Numbered from the whole stretch's first letter, positions 48,151 through 61,672 are shown. The stretch is 63,322 nucleotides of DNA, filler included, from Aduncisulcus paluster (GCA_024181965.1; 31 parts of 31 records of this genome joined end to end with filler, not necessarily neighbours in it), one strand, 5' to 3'. The notes: a model not told the origin generated them from the letters alone. Numbers and translations are program-made.

Positions 48151-49412
48151 CCTATAATACGGGACAGCACGTCCAGTGGATGTAAGTGCAGCCCATTCGG
48201 CAACTGCAGCAAGTCTTTTGACGTGTCTCATTCTGTAATTAATTGTGTGAGCCGTTGCTCTCCATCCATCACCCAAAATGGAGAAGGAGGATGGAGATTC
48301 TCGGCATAATGTTAGATTTAAACGTCGTAGAGCTTGTAATGGGAGGAGCCAGTTTGTATTAGCCAAACGACTTCTTCCATCTGTTCTTCTTTCTCGACGT
48401 TTGATATCTCCTCGAGTAGTATACTCAAGTTTGAGTTGATCGACTCCATTCACTTCAGTCCACTCATGTTCACATTGGGAGAGGAAGGTATTGAATGCAG
48501 TTGTGAAGAAGGAGAGTGTTAGAGCAGAAAGAAGCAAAGAGATTCGATTGCAATCAGTGTCAACCAAGAGGCTTTTGATTCCAAGACCACCATCTCTTTG
48601 TTGGGTATGAAGAAAAGAGTTTGGTGTGCCTCTCATTGGGAGTCTGAAAGTTTTCTTGACAGTCTTGGCGATTTGAATGTCAGCAAAAGCCAAATCTTTG
48701 CGACGAATCCATTCAAGCCTGCCATGGAATGTGAATGAAGGAATAATATGAGAATTCACAGCAAGGATCAATTGAAAAGGTGTGAGGGGAAGAGAGAGGA
48801 TCCTTTCCATTTCATCATTCAGCTGATGAAGTTTCTCAGAACAGGATGTTCTTAATGGCGCTCCATTGAGGACAACCATTCCAAGGTACCTATGCTGGTT
48901 CTCGAGGGTTAGTTGCTGTACTTCATTCTCACCAAAGAGAACTGAAGAAGATGTTCCAATTGAGAAACATTTATGAGTATTAATCATAAGTCCAGCTTGT
49001 TCAAGAGCAGTTTTTATCACGGCACATGTGGTTTCAAGCTCTCCAACATTCATACCAAGGACTAAGATATCATCGGCATATGCACGAATAGATGTCTTAA
49101 CACCTGGAGGAAGAATTTTATCCAACAAAAGATTGAATAAGATTGGAGAATGTGGAAGACCTTGTTGTAAACCACGTCTCATTCTAAAAGATGATTCACC
49201 ATGATGAAGCGTTACGTTGTTGAACTGTTTTATGAGATTGGCAGTGGGAGTATCACATGCAGCAGATAGAAGATTGTCAATCAAAGAGAAAGCACAACTT
49301 CCATAGGCATCTGATATATCAAGCGCAACTGCACAATGGTGGGATGACTGTGAAAGCCATTCTCTCAGTTCCATAACATTGAGAGCACAACCATCGACAT
49401 CTCCCATGAATC
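48151..49412 (-). mobile_element. Non-LTR retrotransposon reverse transcriptase (R2/R4-like, internal fragment)
   Basis: LDISDAYGS, RGLQQGLPHSPILFN, AYADD, GLMINTHKC, YLG, GGLGI. Confidence 0.93.
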
Positions 49413-49947
49413 NNNNNNNNNNNNNNNNNNNNNNNNNNNNNNNNNNNNNNNNNNNNTTAATTAATTAANNNNNNNNNNNNNNNNNNNNNNNNNNNNNNNN
49501 NNNNNNNNNNNNTTGAAGGTCCAGGAAAAGTTGGAATGGGCTCTTGGGAAATTGCAGTGAACACTTCCGTTGGTGAGTGTAGAATCTACATTGTAGATCG
49601 CACAACGGACCAATGCTAAACAGTGTGATGCTGATACAGTTCATTTATTTATGGAGGAGAGGAATGTGTCGACAGTGTCGGAATGGTCCATTATTAATAG
49701 TGGTAGTATCATTAATATTATCACATGATTCAGTAAAAATAAGAGAGTAAGAACAAAATACATCACAGTGTGATGCATCACACACAATTTGGTGGATCTA
49801 TACAACCTAAACTTATAGTCTTGAAGAATACTGTTCTTTCGAGTAGAAAACATTGGTAAAAGAAGAATGCCGAGGGAATATCGTGCGAAGGGCAAACGTG
49901 TAAAAAGAATAATTAAAATAAACAACGGCGTATAAGTCTCAATTCAT

Positions 49948-50637
49948 TTACAGATCATTGTGCTCATCGATCACAGAATATATGAGATCATCAAAGATGT
50001 CATCCCAGGGAATGTTTTCAACAGCATCAACCAAGAGTGATGAAATTTCATAGATGATTTCCTCAAGGTCAAAGTAATCAAGATCGATGTCAGGATTGAT
50101 GAAGCACTGGAGAGAAGCCTTAAAGAGCCCAAAAAGATCTTTGAGATCGGAAACAAGATTTTCATACTCGATAAAGAAGAAATTTTCAAAACATTGGTCA
50201 AGCTCATCGATGTCAAAATCTTCGTCGATGTTTAAAATCTCCTGAAGAGTCGCGGAAATATCATCGAGTCCAAGAACACATTCAATGAGTTCAAATGGAT
50301 CTTCGTCGAAGCCTTGGGAGGCACATTCGAAGGCTGCGGCAGGGAAGACATTCTTGAGGTAACGGATGACTCGTAATAAATTGCTTCGTTCGATTCCAAG
50401 AACATCGGCTGAACATTCCAATGATTGGATCAGGGAACGGAAGAGATCTTTGTGGCAGTTGTCGTACCAATCAAGTAAGGAACCGAAAGAGGGGAAATTC
50501 TCAATGAAACATTCGGTGGCATCGAGATATGCTTCGGATTCATTGATAATGGCAAAAGAGATAGTGTTGGATTCAGGAGAGGCAAAAACGGATCCTATAA
50601 CAAGAATAAGGACGATAACAAAGGGGAAAAATTTCAT
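49948..50637 (-). CDS. Secreted acidic helical Cys-containing protein
   Basis: Signal peptide MKFFPFVIVLILVIGSVFA; complete 229-aa ORF. Confidence 0.8.
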   Translation of the reverse strand: MKFFPFVIVLILVIGSVFASPESNTISFAIINESEAYLDATECFIENFPSFGSLLDWYDNCHKDLFRSLIQSLECSADVLGIERSNLLRVIRYLKNVFPAAAFECASQGFDEDPFELIECVLGLDDISATLQEILNIDEDFDIDELDQCFENFFFIEYENLVSDLKDLFGLFKASLQCFINPDIDLDYFDLEEIIYEISSLLVDAVENIPWDDIFDDLIYSVIDEHNDL

Positions 50638-51092
50638 TGGGAAGCAAACGACGAAACAAGCGAAAGATTCAATTTCAACTTGAGATGAAAACGTATCCTG
50701 TCAGACATTACAATAAGTTACAATGCCCACATGATTGAATTCGATGTAAAAAATAATCTACCGTCTATTTGTGGACATTAAAAATGGATTTTTCGATGCA
50801 GAATGGAGGGAAACAACGAATTTAAAAATTGTGTCAATTCAATTGCCCCTTTTCGTTTTGATTGGATAACAAAATAATGATTTTAAGAATGCATTTACCT
50901 AAACGTATATGTGCATCTCTTCTCTGAATATGGCCATGGGGATGAAGTACACTGATGTATTTCCGTATATATTTCAATATGAGTAGACTGAGGCTCCTCA
51001 AAAAATTATCCCGAAAATCCTCCGGTCTCATTTGTTCTTGTTTTGATTACAACATCATTTTTATCTTTGTGTGATATATTTATTAGAAACAC

Positions 51093-51390
51093 ATGGGCGA
51101 TAAAGAACGTGTACCTTTACATAAGCAACTTGAAATGTGCATGAAGTTAAAACAATACAAAATCAAGGTCGTAGATGATGACATCCATAAGCTCCATTGT
51201 ATATTCCCTGGTGCCTATGGTACTCCATATGAGAGAGGATTGTATCATCTCGAGATAACCCTTCCGGAGGGATATCCAGACCATCCGCCACGTTACAAAT
51301 GCTTGAACCCCAGTGGAAGATGGGTTGCGGGTGGGAATATATGTATGAGTATTTCTGCAGACCATCCTGAATCATGGAATCCTTCTATGG
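51093..51390 (+). CDS. UBE2J: Ubiquitin-conjugating enzyme, Ubc6/UBE2J class (3'-partial)
   Basis: GTPYERGLY, YPDHPP, PSGRW...ICMSIS.DHPESWNP. Confidence 0.9.
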
Positions 51391-52501
51391 NNNNNNNNNN
51401 NNNNNNNNNNNNNNNNNNNNNNNNNNNNNNNNNNTTAATTAATTAANNNNNNNNNNNNNNNNNNNNNNNNNNNNNNNNNNNNNNNNNNNNCAACAATCGC
51501 TACCTCCTTTATGAATAAATTTCGGTTCCACGATTTGTAAAGCTGTTGATGTACTCATTGACAATGGAAAAGAGTCAAATCTGAAAAGCATTACAACTTG
51601 TGAATATAATTGCATGACAATGCATAAAATATATCTTAATGTACACTAAATGAAATAATTGACATACATTAAATCTTGAATTTCTTTCACAAAAGGAACA
51701 GATGAGGATCAAAACACATCAATTCCCGATTGACATTGTGACAATTATGGAAAGTAAAATATACATAAAAATATACGGACATTCTCTTTCTATCATATAT
51801 TGCAAGCCAGCCTTGTGAATCCACTCCTGACAATGCTTTGTTTTCTCCTAGCGGAGTTTTGTTTACATATTGGATTGTAAGTTTATTTTATGGTAATAAG
51901 TTATACATATAATCTGTGAATATCGAGGTATTATTGACAGATTGATAACTTCGGCTTCTGTGATAAATATGATAGTTCTCCATTAATAATGGACCATTAT
52001 GGACTGTTAAAGTGTGTTTTTTCTCTGATTTTAGCTGACAAAGTTGATTTGATATTTATTATTGCTGTCATATTTAACCACTGGTTAACATGGCAAGTTG
52101 GTTCTCTACTATTTCAAAAATATTAATTATTTGGAGAATTTATCCATTCTCCTTCCATTGTCTTGGCTTTTTAGGTGTTAATTAGTCCCACTGAATCCAC
52201 ATCTGAAAACATTTCTTTGGGAATCCCAAATTTGGGATGAGCCATATAAATGTTGTCTAATTAGTTTACTATTTCAAAAAACTCATTCATTTAATATACT
52301 GATTCATGATAGAATATACTGATTCATGATAGAATTCCTACGAATTATAGGCTATGATACTGTTGAAACAAGCAACAGATCCACAATAAATTAATTACTA
52401 AGCTATGGGTTCCAAGATCGAATATTCGAAAATAGCCTTTTTTCAAAAAGGCAGAAGAAAGAATCGAAATAAACTATTGAACTATTTAATAGTTCAAAAA
52501 A

Positions 52502-54550
52502 CTATTTGTGTGAGTGTGTATGTTTTCTTTCATCTAATTTTCTTAGTTTATCGCAGGAAATGCATTTTCCACTCCAACATTTTGTGTGAGTAAGGATTCC
52601 ACATTCACGACATTGTACAAAGGAAGAGGGATTTGAAAATGGATACAATGGATCACCTTTGTTGCATACAGGACATATAAACCCGTGCCCAAGACAATAA
52701 TAGCATGGGGTTTTCAAATGTGAAATGAACATCTCCCAAACTCTCTTCATTTTCTTTGTTAATCCATATACCAAAATATCCCGAATAGTATCCAATTTAT
52801 AGAGATTTGTTTCAATCACAACCATACACAAAGATCTAGTTGGCATGGACTCCGGGAGATGTGGATTCATGTCATTCAAAGCCATTAATAATTCACGACT
52901 TGATGCAAGAAAAGTTTCATCATTGGATAATGTTTTTTTATGCTCTTTTAATTCCAATTCAGCGCTCTTCTTCTTTTCATCTTTCCCTGTACCATTAAGA
53001 ATAAGAACCTTTAATTGTTCTTCTTTTCCAACGATATTATCTCTCTCGGCAGTAACTCTTTCTTTCAGAGCCGGGAGACATTGTCTAATATACGATTCGC
53101 AAGAAGCAACTTTATCTCTCCACAAAGAAAATTCTTTCACTTTCTTCCTTACCTTTGTAGACATATTTTTATCACTAACGCATGGAGATCTAAAAGTCGA
53201 CGACAGAAAAGAATGCACAACAGATGCAACTTGCATTGGAGTACAATCAGCATTTTTGAGCATCCTAGAAGGAATTGCATGTGTAAATATGGCTTTAGTT
53301 TCAGAACTAGGACCATAGAAACAATAAGGACAGAACAAAGCTCCGGTATAATTATCAAACAAAAACTCATCCTTCTGTCCGATTACACTAAGCTCACTCC
53401 CACAGCCATGGCATCTCCCACGTTGTTGGTCCCACAAAGATGACAGAGCCTTAGCGTTCTTCCTTTCTTTATGGATCAGTGATAAGTTCAAGGGTGGTGT
53501 TATACAAGACATCGAAACAGAGGAACCAAGGAGAGCATGATTTCTCTTCAGATAACGTTTCTTGCTCTTCCCGCTTTCATCTCTCCTTTCTCCACTTATA
53601 TCGCCAGCTACATCATCTTCATCTTCATCTTCTGTTACCAAAGAAACAGAGGAAGTTGACAATAGAGAGATATTACGAGTATGGGTTAGACTGCGAACAG
53701 ATAGACGCGTCTGAGAAGGACTCTGAGGGTGACTGACGGATGATTCATAAAAGCCACAATTGCCCGTAGATCGTACAGAATCGCTGCATACCTTTTCTGC
53801 TGTTTGAGTTAGCTGTTCATAGACGTGCTGTATTTTATGAATTGAATGAGAAGAATTCCTCAAATGTTCTTTATCTATTTCTTGGGAAGGGGAGGAAGGA
53901 GTCTTGGGAACAAGACAAGAATGAACAGGCTCAAGACATTCAATCGAAGACTCAGAACTACTCATCATTAACTGTTTCATTTCCTGAGACAGTTCGGCAT
54001 CTTCACGCTTCAGACGAAGACGCTCAAGTTCATTCTCTTCAATTCTCTTGCGTTCGGCTTCTTCTTCTTCACGCTTCAGACGTTCCAGACGTTCTTCTTC
54101 CTCACGCTTCAGACGCTCATCTTCTTCAATTCTCTTGCGTTCGGCTTCTTCTTCTTCACGCTTCAGACGTTCTTCTTCCTCACGCTTCAGACGCTCAGCT
54201 TCTTCAATTCTTTTGCGTTCGGCTTCTTCTTCTTCACGCTTCAGACGTTCCAGACGTTCTTCTTCTTCACGCTTCAGACACTCAGCTTCTTCAATTCTCT
54301 TGCGTTCGGCTTCTTCTTCTTCACGCTTCAGACGCTCAGCTTCTTCAATTCTCTTGCGTTCGGCTTCTTCTTCCTCACGCTTCAGACGCTCAGCTTCTTC
54401 AATTCTCTTGCGTTCGGCTTCTTCTTCTTCACGCTTCAGACGTTCTTCTTCTTCACGCTTCAGACACTCAGCTTCTTCAATTCTCTTGCGTTCGGCTTCT
54501 TCTTCCTCACGCTTCAGACGCTCAGCTTCTTCAATTCTCTTGCTTCAGAC
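52502..54550 (-). CDS. Rubicon-homology (DEF8/PLEKHM-like) protein with charged helical repeats (5'-partial)
   Basis: QRGRCHGC, YTGALFCPYC, IPSRML, H..C..C.GHGFICPVC, CRECG..TH.KC; frame continues upstream through E/R/K repeats. Confidence 0.85.
54001..54550 (-). repeat. Coding minisatellite (EEEAERKRIEEAERLKRE; single-alpha-helix type)
   Basis: Near-identical 21-57 nt units. Confidence 0.9.
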
Positions 54551-54650
54551 NNNNNNNNNNNNNNNNNNNNNNNNNNNNNNNNNNNNNNNNNNNNTTAATT
54601 AATTAANNNNNNNNNNNNNNNNNNNNNNNNNNNNNNNNNNNNNNNNNNNN

Positions 54651-55138
54651 GGTTCAATAATTCTGCTCAAGCAAGGCATTTTCACCCCTTCATGGCGATC
54701 GGAAAGATCCTCAAACCTTCGAATGAAGTTAAGAACTTCCTTCTGATCTACGGATTCCAGACGACCCAGTTTGATGTATGGCTCATCGGTGGTAACTACT
54801 GGAGCTGTTTGGAGCGTTGGGGAGACAGTCTTTTGGGGTGCAGACCCGATTTCAACTTCTTCATCTTCAGAGCATTTCAGGACTTCTTGCACATCACTGT
54901 TGGTGCGGGGCTCTTCGGTATCTTCATCTTTGGAGTCCTTTGGAGCGATTGGTGCAGATTCGACAGTGTCAAATTTGTCGATTTCAACAGGTGCAGAATC
55001 AAACTTTTCTTCAACACTTTTAGGAGTAACGAACTTTTGTTTGATCTTTTTCGTAATCAAAATTACTTTTTCTGACCCATCTTTTGATGGAGCAACGGCT
55101 TTGGCGGTTTTGGCGCTTTTGATTCCCTTGGGGCTCAT
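54651..55138 (-). mobile_element. Ty3/gypsy gag N-terminus (3'-partial)
   Basis: ATG 63 nt after an LTR-like element; IKLGRLESVDQKEVLNFIRRFEDL has the same hydrophobic pattern as the other gags. Confidence 0.6.
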
Positions 55139-55201
55139 AATGGCTTAGTAATAGGTAGCAAAAATAAAGGTAGATAGTATCTTATCGCAATTTAATTAAA
55201 T

Positions 55202-55264
55202 TGTGGTATACCTTCCTAGGGGTAATGTGATACAATTTACTTATGGGGAATCTGACCTACCACA
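55202..55264 (-). repeat. Candidate 63-bp 5' LTR
   Basis: TGTGGTA...TACCACA 7-bp inverted termini, AGTAAATTG core, abuts palindrome 55188-55203. Confidence 0.75.
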
Positions 55265-55541
55265 CCGAGAAAAATGTAAAATTTTAGAAGAAACTTTTAA
55301 CAATTGTAAAAGAAAATTAATAAGGAAATATACTTGTATAAAGATAAAAATCCATGAAATGAGCAATGAAGTAGGAGATCAATGGGTATTCATTATTCTC
55401 AGAGATCTATTTTTAGGAGTTTCGGTCCGTGTTTTATTCTTAAATAAATTTGTCTGCGCTTTACTAAGCCTGTCACACCAAGGTGAGAGATCCCGGGAAG
55501 ATGATCGCATCATGAATTGATCCGCTAAAGTAGGAGGAGGA

Positions 55542-55631
55542 TGTGGTATCTCTCAATGGTCTAAATATAGATCGCCGATCCGATCCTTTATTATAGTAAA
55601 TTGTACGTAATCTTCGGAATACATTGCCACA
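55542..55631 (+). repeat. Candidate 90-bp 3' LTR
   Basis: PPT AGGAGGAGGA (55532-55541), TGTGG...CCACA termini, CTAAATATAG box and AGTAAATTG core. Confidence 0.75.
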
Positions 55632-55681
55632 GTCTCAACTGATCGTAAAAGCCTTGCGTGGAGCCAGCACCAAAAAATTTC

Positions 55682-55970
55682 TTAATCGATGATTTCTTTG
55701 CCTTTGTGTACTTGGACAAGTGCAGCTCCAATACCGACAGAGGATGCATCGGTATAAAGGATTAACTCACCAGTGTCGGACAAGGCAGCAAGTGTGTTTC
55801 CTTGTAATAAGGCTTTCTTTACACCTAACAGGGTCTCATCATGTTTAGCCGTCCAGAGGAAGGTCTTCTTCGTATCCAGAAGCGAAGTGATTGGTTCCAT
55901 GACTGTAGCAAAGTGAGGAACGAACTCTCGGAGATAATTTACAAAGCCGACCAACGCTTGAACTTCTTTT
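55682..55970 (-). pseudogene. Ty3/gypsy RT thumb/RNase H start, truncated
   Basis: GFVNYLREFVPHFA, FLWTAKH, LYTDASSVGIGAALVQ. Confidence 0.92.
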
Positions 55971-56070
55971 NNNNNNNNNNNNNNNNNNNNNNNNNNNNNN
56001 NNNNNNNNNNNNNNTTAATTAATTAANNNNNNNNNNNNNNNNNNNNNNNNNNNNNNNNNNNNNNNNNNNN

Positions 56071-56301
56071 TTTTTCTAGAACAATATTACATATAATACA
56101 TGATGAAGGAAAGTCCATAAGAGGATATTCTTGCCATTCTTTTTCAATTTTAATGCGTAATACTTTGGCTTGCTCAGCAAACACCAATCCACTCTTGCCT
56201 TCAGCTATATCTCCACTATCAAGACAACTGAAAGGTGCACCGACACCAGCGTATTCTTCTGCAATAATTGGGTCCCAAATTCTCGTTAGAACAGGATTCA
56301 T
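56071..56301 (-). CDS. Hypothetical protein, first exon
   Basis: ATG-started ORF divergent from the UPF0538 gene. Confidence 0.45.
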
Positions 56302-56512
56302 TAACGTGTTGTCAAGGGAAAAGGCGAAGAAAAAAAGTCACAAGAAGGGATTAAACCCCAAAGCAAGATAAAATGATAAGAAATGAAATAATATTGCCAT
56401 AATTTCTTTAATATTTTCTATATTGTGATTTTAACCTTTTTCAAAGCTCGCTGTGAGTATTTGTCAATTATCTCAGCCATTTGTGTATTTTGCTCACCAA
56501 AGATAAGCAAAA

Positions 56513-56977
56513 ATGAGTTTAGTATTAACTATTAGGTTTATCAGATCCTTTGAACATGCTGTTGTTATCAATCACGTTGTTAAGGATGTCGATCCTGAAA
56601 GCACAATCGAATCGTTAATGGAGAAAGCTCTGAGAGAAATTGCAGAAGTAGGAGGGACAAAATATAAATTAACCAAGAGTATTTTATTTGATACAATGAA
56701 ATTATACGTTATTACCCATGGTTCAAAAGGCTGTAATCGTGCAATCAACTTGGAAGATGATGATAAATTAATATTAGATCCTAAAAAGAGAATAATTGAT
56801 TGTAAGATCTGTATGTTTATTTTTTCAATATTTTATACCATCACAAAGATGTCATTTCTTTTCTAACCAATCTAATTTGTTTCATTTTCTTTCACAGCCT
56901 CCGAATCAGAAATATCATTTTTCAATATGGAATCCTATATTAAATACAAAAAGAACCCGGTATTACTCTGGAAATAG
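56513..56977 (+). CDS. UPF0538 (C2orf76/DUF2340) protein; intron 56811-56897
   Basis: LTIRFIRSFEH, FDTMKLY..HGSK...INLEDDD; removing GTATGT...CTAAC...CAG restores ESEISFFNMESYIKYKKNP...W. Confidence 0.9.
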
Positions 56978-57322
56978 TTGTCTTCCATTAGTGTACTGTT
57001 CTCCCTCGTATCCCGGATTCTTCAATCGAAACGTTTGAAATGAACCGCTTTCTCTCATCAACTTGTGTTTTTTATCATTTTTTGATTGGATATACATATT
57101 ATTTCGCCCTTACTGGCAGTTGCAAAATTGTAGCAGGGCAATCATTCTCCTTTAGAAAATGTGTCCTTCAAATTTCATATGCAATAAAAATCGATATTTA
57201 TGCCTAATTATGCACATTAAGTAATACATTACTCATTTTCTTCAAAAGAATCGCCAAGTTGACCATTTTCGTCGGTATCAAATTCGTATTATTATATTTT
57301 ATTTAACAAATCACTTTATATT

Positions 57323-57612
57323 ATGAGAAAAGAAAGAAATATTAAAGTTGCAGTACGATTTAGACCACTCAATTCACGAGAAATTCAACATGCTATAGAT
57401 AGAGATGAAATACCAGGTAAATCGGCGGTTACTTGCCATGTTGATAAAAAAACTGTTGATTTTACCACAACGAAATCAGATTTTGAAAAACGAAGGTTTG
57501 TTTTTGACCGTGTATTTGGTGCATCGTCAAAACAGGTTGATGTCTATAACTTTACGGCAAAACCTGTTGTGAATGACGTATTAAATGGATATAATGGAAC
57601 AATCTTTGCATA
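57323..57612 (+). CDS. Kinesin motor domain, N-terminus
   Basis: NIKVAVRFRPLN, FVFDRVF, VLNGYNGTIFAY. Confidence 0.96.
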
Positions 57613-57714
57613 NNNNNNNNNNNNNNNNNNNNNNNNNNNNNNNNNNNNNNNNNNNNTTAATTAATTAANNNNNNNNNNNNNNNNNNNNNNNNNNNNNNNN
57701 NNNNNNNNNNNNCC

Positions 57715-59493
57715 CTTTTAAATAGTGGACAATTCATATCATCTCCTTGGAGCCATATCCAGTACATCGTTCCTCATGAAATATCACAATGTGTTGGCGA
57801 AGAGGAAGAATTTATCTTTACTTATTCGCCATACCGATCTAATTTTGATTCAGAAGTGCAATGGAGAAGAGGATCAATATTATCTTCTTTATTTCTATGG
57901 TGGTCAGATTCACAATACATTTCAGAATTCCAGAGGGCAATTCGGTATTTATCTGGTCTTTCAATGTATGATGTTTATATGTTTGCTACAATCCGGCTTT
58001 TGTTGAGTAATTACTCAAAGTTTCATAAGATATTCGATTCAAAGCTAGGAAAGTCAACGATTGGGGATATGTCAGAGTGGATTGCTGATAATGTTAAGAT
58101 GAGACACAGAGCTGGGTTGCAGAGGGAAATGTTTAAAAATACCAGTGTTTGTATGTCATATTGTCATGATAATGCTACATCTTCTGTCATTAGCGAACAC
58201 TCTTCACTGATTAATGAAGCTAATAATATGTTGTCATATTCTTTCTCAATGACTAATTTTATTTCCAAATTCAATTCTGATGTAGTGATTTTGCCAGAAC
58301 AGGTTCCGTTTGCTCAGAAAATTGTTGAAATTTCCAGTGTTGAATTTTGCAAGAAGGTTCCAGAGGAAAACGAGAAAAGAGAGGACGAAGACAAGATTGG
58401 TGATGGAATTGATATTGGTAATGCTGTGGGAGTTTCTTCTCAAAGTACTATTTTTAGATTGTCAAAAAATGAGAATGTTCTTCCCTTTGGAATTCCTTCT
58501 TCAACAACTGATTTCTCAAGAATATTATCTGTTCCAACATTTCCGAAAGAGTTTCTTATTAGTTTCCCGAAAGTTTCAGTTCCTTCGCCCAATTTATCAT
58601 TCTCTACAATGTCTTTCACATCCCATTGTGGCATATTTCCTCCTCTTGTGCGTGATTGTCCAATTTATCTCTTATTAAGCAGATATCTTGACGATAAGTC
58701 GGACATTTCAAATAGATTGTTTGCTCCTCTTTCTCAAAAAGGAATATCGGAAACAACATCATATAATCAAGAGAATTATTCTCGGTTCGCTTATCTTACA
58801 AGTTTTTCTTCACCCTCTGATGTTCCCCAGCTCCAAATGTCAAGTATTATCACATCAAGTGGAAAGATGCGAGTTCTGGATCAGTTGTTGCCCAAACTGC
58901 TCAGAGAGAACCATCGTTGTTTAATCTATTGTCAAATGACCAAAATGATGGATATTATCCAAGAGTATTTGTATATGAGAGGGTATAAATTTGTTCGGTT
59001 CGATGGTAGCTTTTCGATGACCGATAGACAGGCTTTGATAAGTCGATTTATGACCGAAAGTTCATTGTTTATATTTTTACTATCCACCCGGGCTGGGGGA
59101 GTTGGTCTAACCTTGACTGTTGCCGACACAATCATTTTTTTCTCCAGCGATTGGAACCCCAGTGTGGATTCGCAAGCCATGGATAGGGTTCATCGGGTTG
59201 GACAAACGAAACCCGTGACTGTTTACAGGCTTGTAATTCCTGGGAGTATTGAAGACTATGTACTTGAGAGAGCAGGGAAAANNNNNNNNNNNNNNNNNNN
59301 NACAATCATTTTTTTCTCCAGCGATTGGAACCCCAGTGTGGATTCGCAAGCCATGGATAGGGTTCATCGGGTTGGACAAACGAAACCCGTGACTGTTTAC
59401 AGGCTTGTAATTCCTGGGAGTATTGAAGACTATGTACTTGAGAGAGCAGGGAAAAAGGGGGAAATGCAGCGAATGGTGCTAGCAGATCGTTAA
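57715..59493 (+). CDS. INO80: INO80-like split SNF2 ATPase, C-terminal part
   Basis: Long insertion, then [63 protein letters not shown]. Confidence 0.88.
   Translation, partial: LLNSGQFISSPWSHIQYIVPHEISQCVGEEEEFIFTYSPYRSNFDSEVQWRRGSILSSLFLWWSDSQYISEFQRAIRYLSGLSMYDVYMFATIRLLLSNYSKFHKIFDSKLGKSTIGDMSEWIADNVKMRHRAGLQREMFKNTSVCMSYCHDNATSSVISEHSSLINEANNMLSYSFSMTNFISKFNSDVVILPEQVPFAQKIVEISSVEFCKKVPEENEKREDEDKIGDGIDIGNAVGVSSQSTIFRLSKNENVLPFGIPSSTTDFSRILSVPTFPKEFLISFPKVSVPSPNLSFSTMSFTSHCGIFPPLVRDCPIYLLLSRYLDDKSDISNRLFAPLSQKGISETTSYNQENYSRFAYLTSFSSPSDVPQLQMSSIITSSGKMRVLDQLLPKLLRENHRCLIYCQMTKMMDIIQEYLYMRGYKFVRFDGSFSMTDRQALISRFMTESSLFIFLLSTRAGGVGLTLTVADTIIFFSSDWNPSVDSQAMDRVHRVGQTKPVTVYRLVIPGSIEDYVLERAGKXXXXXXXTIIFFSSDWNPSVDSQAMDRVHRVGQTKPVTVYRLVIPGSIEDYVLERAGKKGEMQRMVLADR
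59128..59455. repeat. 154-bp exact duplication across a 20-N gap (assembly artefact)
   Basis: 59128-59281 equals 59302-59455. Confidence 0.9.
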
Positions 59494-60096
59494 CAAATGG
59501 GAATATGATTTTATTTAATTTATTTTGTTGTTCGAATCATTATTCATGCAAAGATGATCTTTGAAAGTATTGTTTCCAATAACATCATGTTAGATGTCAT
59601 ATCTAGACGGTCTACTTGGCATGTGCACAAATCAACCTTTATGATCTTACAAGTGTAGATCATTCTCAACATAACATTAACATCACAATGTAAGCTGTTC
59701 TTCTGGTTGTTTGGTTTGAAATAAATATTATTTAAATTTAATTCACTATTTTTATGCTGATTCACACACCCATTTTACGCTATTTCATGAAAATTTTCAC
59801 TCTAAATCACCAATTACCGTTTCCCCTTCTTGAAAATAATATTGTCGCATGATTGTATGTATTTATTTATTGTATTTTGTCATTATTGTGTTATATATAT
59901 ATCATTGAATGAGTTGTTGTTTTAACAATCATCTGGCCAACTTTTTACTGAACTTATTTTGTAATGTCTCCTTGTTTTCACGATTTTCATTTATATTTCA
60001 TTTTATTGTGACCATCTTATTTTATAATAACGATATTCTCATAACATTTCATTAATATCCTTTCTTAACTCCTCTAGCCAATGGCCAGTAGCCATC

Positions 60097-60322
60097 ATGG
60101 TTGATCCTATCAGGAATCCTGAATTTGTTTGTAGAGAAATTGGAATAGGAGAGTGCCCAATTCCTCTTGATGATCCCGAACTTGTTAAACCGGACTTTCC
60201 AAGTATTACTGGTAGTCTTTATACTACAGATTCTGAAGGAAATACAGAGGATGATAAAGAGCTTCCAGAGGTGAAGCAAAACATATTTTTCAGGGAATCA
60301 AGAATAACGACTTGTTTTCAAT
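60097..60322 (+). CDS. Lineage-expanded family protein, N-terminus
   Basis: PEFV...CPIPLDDPELVKPDF, loosely like the PYPVGHPDLSEID start of the array proteins. Confidence 0.55.
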
Positions 60323-60422
60323 NNNNNNNNNNNNNNNNNNNNNNNNNNNNNNNNNNNNNNNNNNNNTTAATTAATTAANNNNNNNNNNNNNNNNNNNNNN
60401 NNNNNNNNNNNNNNNNNNNNNN

Positions 60423-61672
60423 TGGTCATTTCACTTCCAAAATCGAATAAAAGACGAAGAGTGAGTCCGTTTGTCCATCCAAATCCCACCTGAACTCCGT
60501 ACTCACCTCCACCTCCTGGCAATCCCAAAACAGTTGCATCGTATTTCTCAAAGAAACTATCGGTCTGGATCCATCCACAATAGACAGATTGCACCCATTT
60601 TGTGGCCTCATTCAAAGCATCTGCATGTCTGTTGGCCTTCTCGAGAGCGGTCACGTACATCCAATGGAAAGGAGCCCACACATTGTCACCATCCCATTGC
60701 TCGGCATAGGCGACATCTGCACTTTTGTATGCAGAAGTAGGCACACCGCTCACACTGGCATCCCAATCAGCTCCCCTCATACTGTCAAAGTCGACATAGA
60801 CATTGTCAGAGTCAAATACATCATAAACGAATGGTGTTAATCCGGTCGGATAGAATCCAGTGTGGCACTGATCGAATACGGCTCCAGCATCCATGTCATA
60901 ATCACAGAATCTCTTGAGGTTATCGGGACCTTTTGCAACAAGATACTTGATCATTTGCTGTTTCAAATCATCTGCTCTGGATGAGTACAAGGCCGCATCG
61001 CACAAATCTGTGAACTTTTCACAGTATCCTGCGACAAGAGTCAAGTTTTTATGCAAGAGACTGTTAAGATCGACAGCCAAGGCACCCCCAGTGAATGTAT
61101 AGGAAGTGTCCATTTCAGTTATATCAAGGGGAGGGTCATTCTTTCTGTCTACATACCAACGAGTAGAGAAATCGACACCACTTTCGGCACCAGAGGCGAG
61201 GTGATAGTACTCCTCTTTGTACCTCTCATGGGAAATGTCTTCATCGAAGGATACATCACCATAGTACTCTTCGCTGGTCTCAATATCTTCAAGATATGAT
61301 TCAGGACGTGGGTAACCTGTCTTGATTGCCTTGTAATGGAATAAACCGGTGGTGGTATCATGATTGCCGGAATCCTCGAAATACTCAATCTCTTTAAGGA
61401 TGTAAGGGACCATAGAACGCAAGAAATCGTCATCACCGGTGTAAGAATAATACAGATCAACCATTTGGGGGAAGTATGGGGGCTGAGAACGAGAATTAGA
61501 GAAATATATACGAAGACCGTTAGGAATGAAGCCAACTGTATCAAAAACATGCGCGAAATTTAATAGCATATCTTTGGCAGTGTCAAACATGTCACAGACT
61601 AATAATCCGTGAAGAATCCAAAATGTATCCCAATAGAATGAAGCTCTGAAACGACCCCCAGCTACGACGAAT
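60423..61672 (-). CDS. TREH: Trehalase (GH37), internal fragment
   Basis: GGRF..FYWD, GFIPNG, RSQPP, PRPESY.ED, AESGVDFSTRW, QWDGDNVWAP, EKYD, EYGVQVGFGWTN. Confidence 0.97.

Noticed and set aside
51900..52245. TAA/TAG = Gln code (as in hexamitids), suggested by TAR-interrupted frames here and at 15340-15697
   Set aside because: PheRS, Hsp70, ppa, INO80 and UPF0538 end at TAA/TAG in the expected place and have no internal TAR; these frames are decayed or antisense
53842..54602. Plus-strand RS-rich and LLLHASD repeat ORFs
   Set aside because: Antisense shadows of the minus-strand E/R/K repeat; likewise 38439-39413 and 21703-22260
55661..55672. TGGTGCTGGCT on the minus strand as a tRNA-type PBS
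   Set aside because: No CA-ending LTR precedes it; it follows a truncated RNase H and cannot be tied to an element
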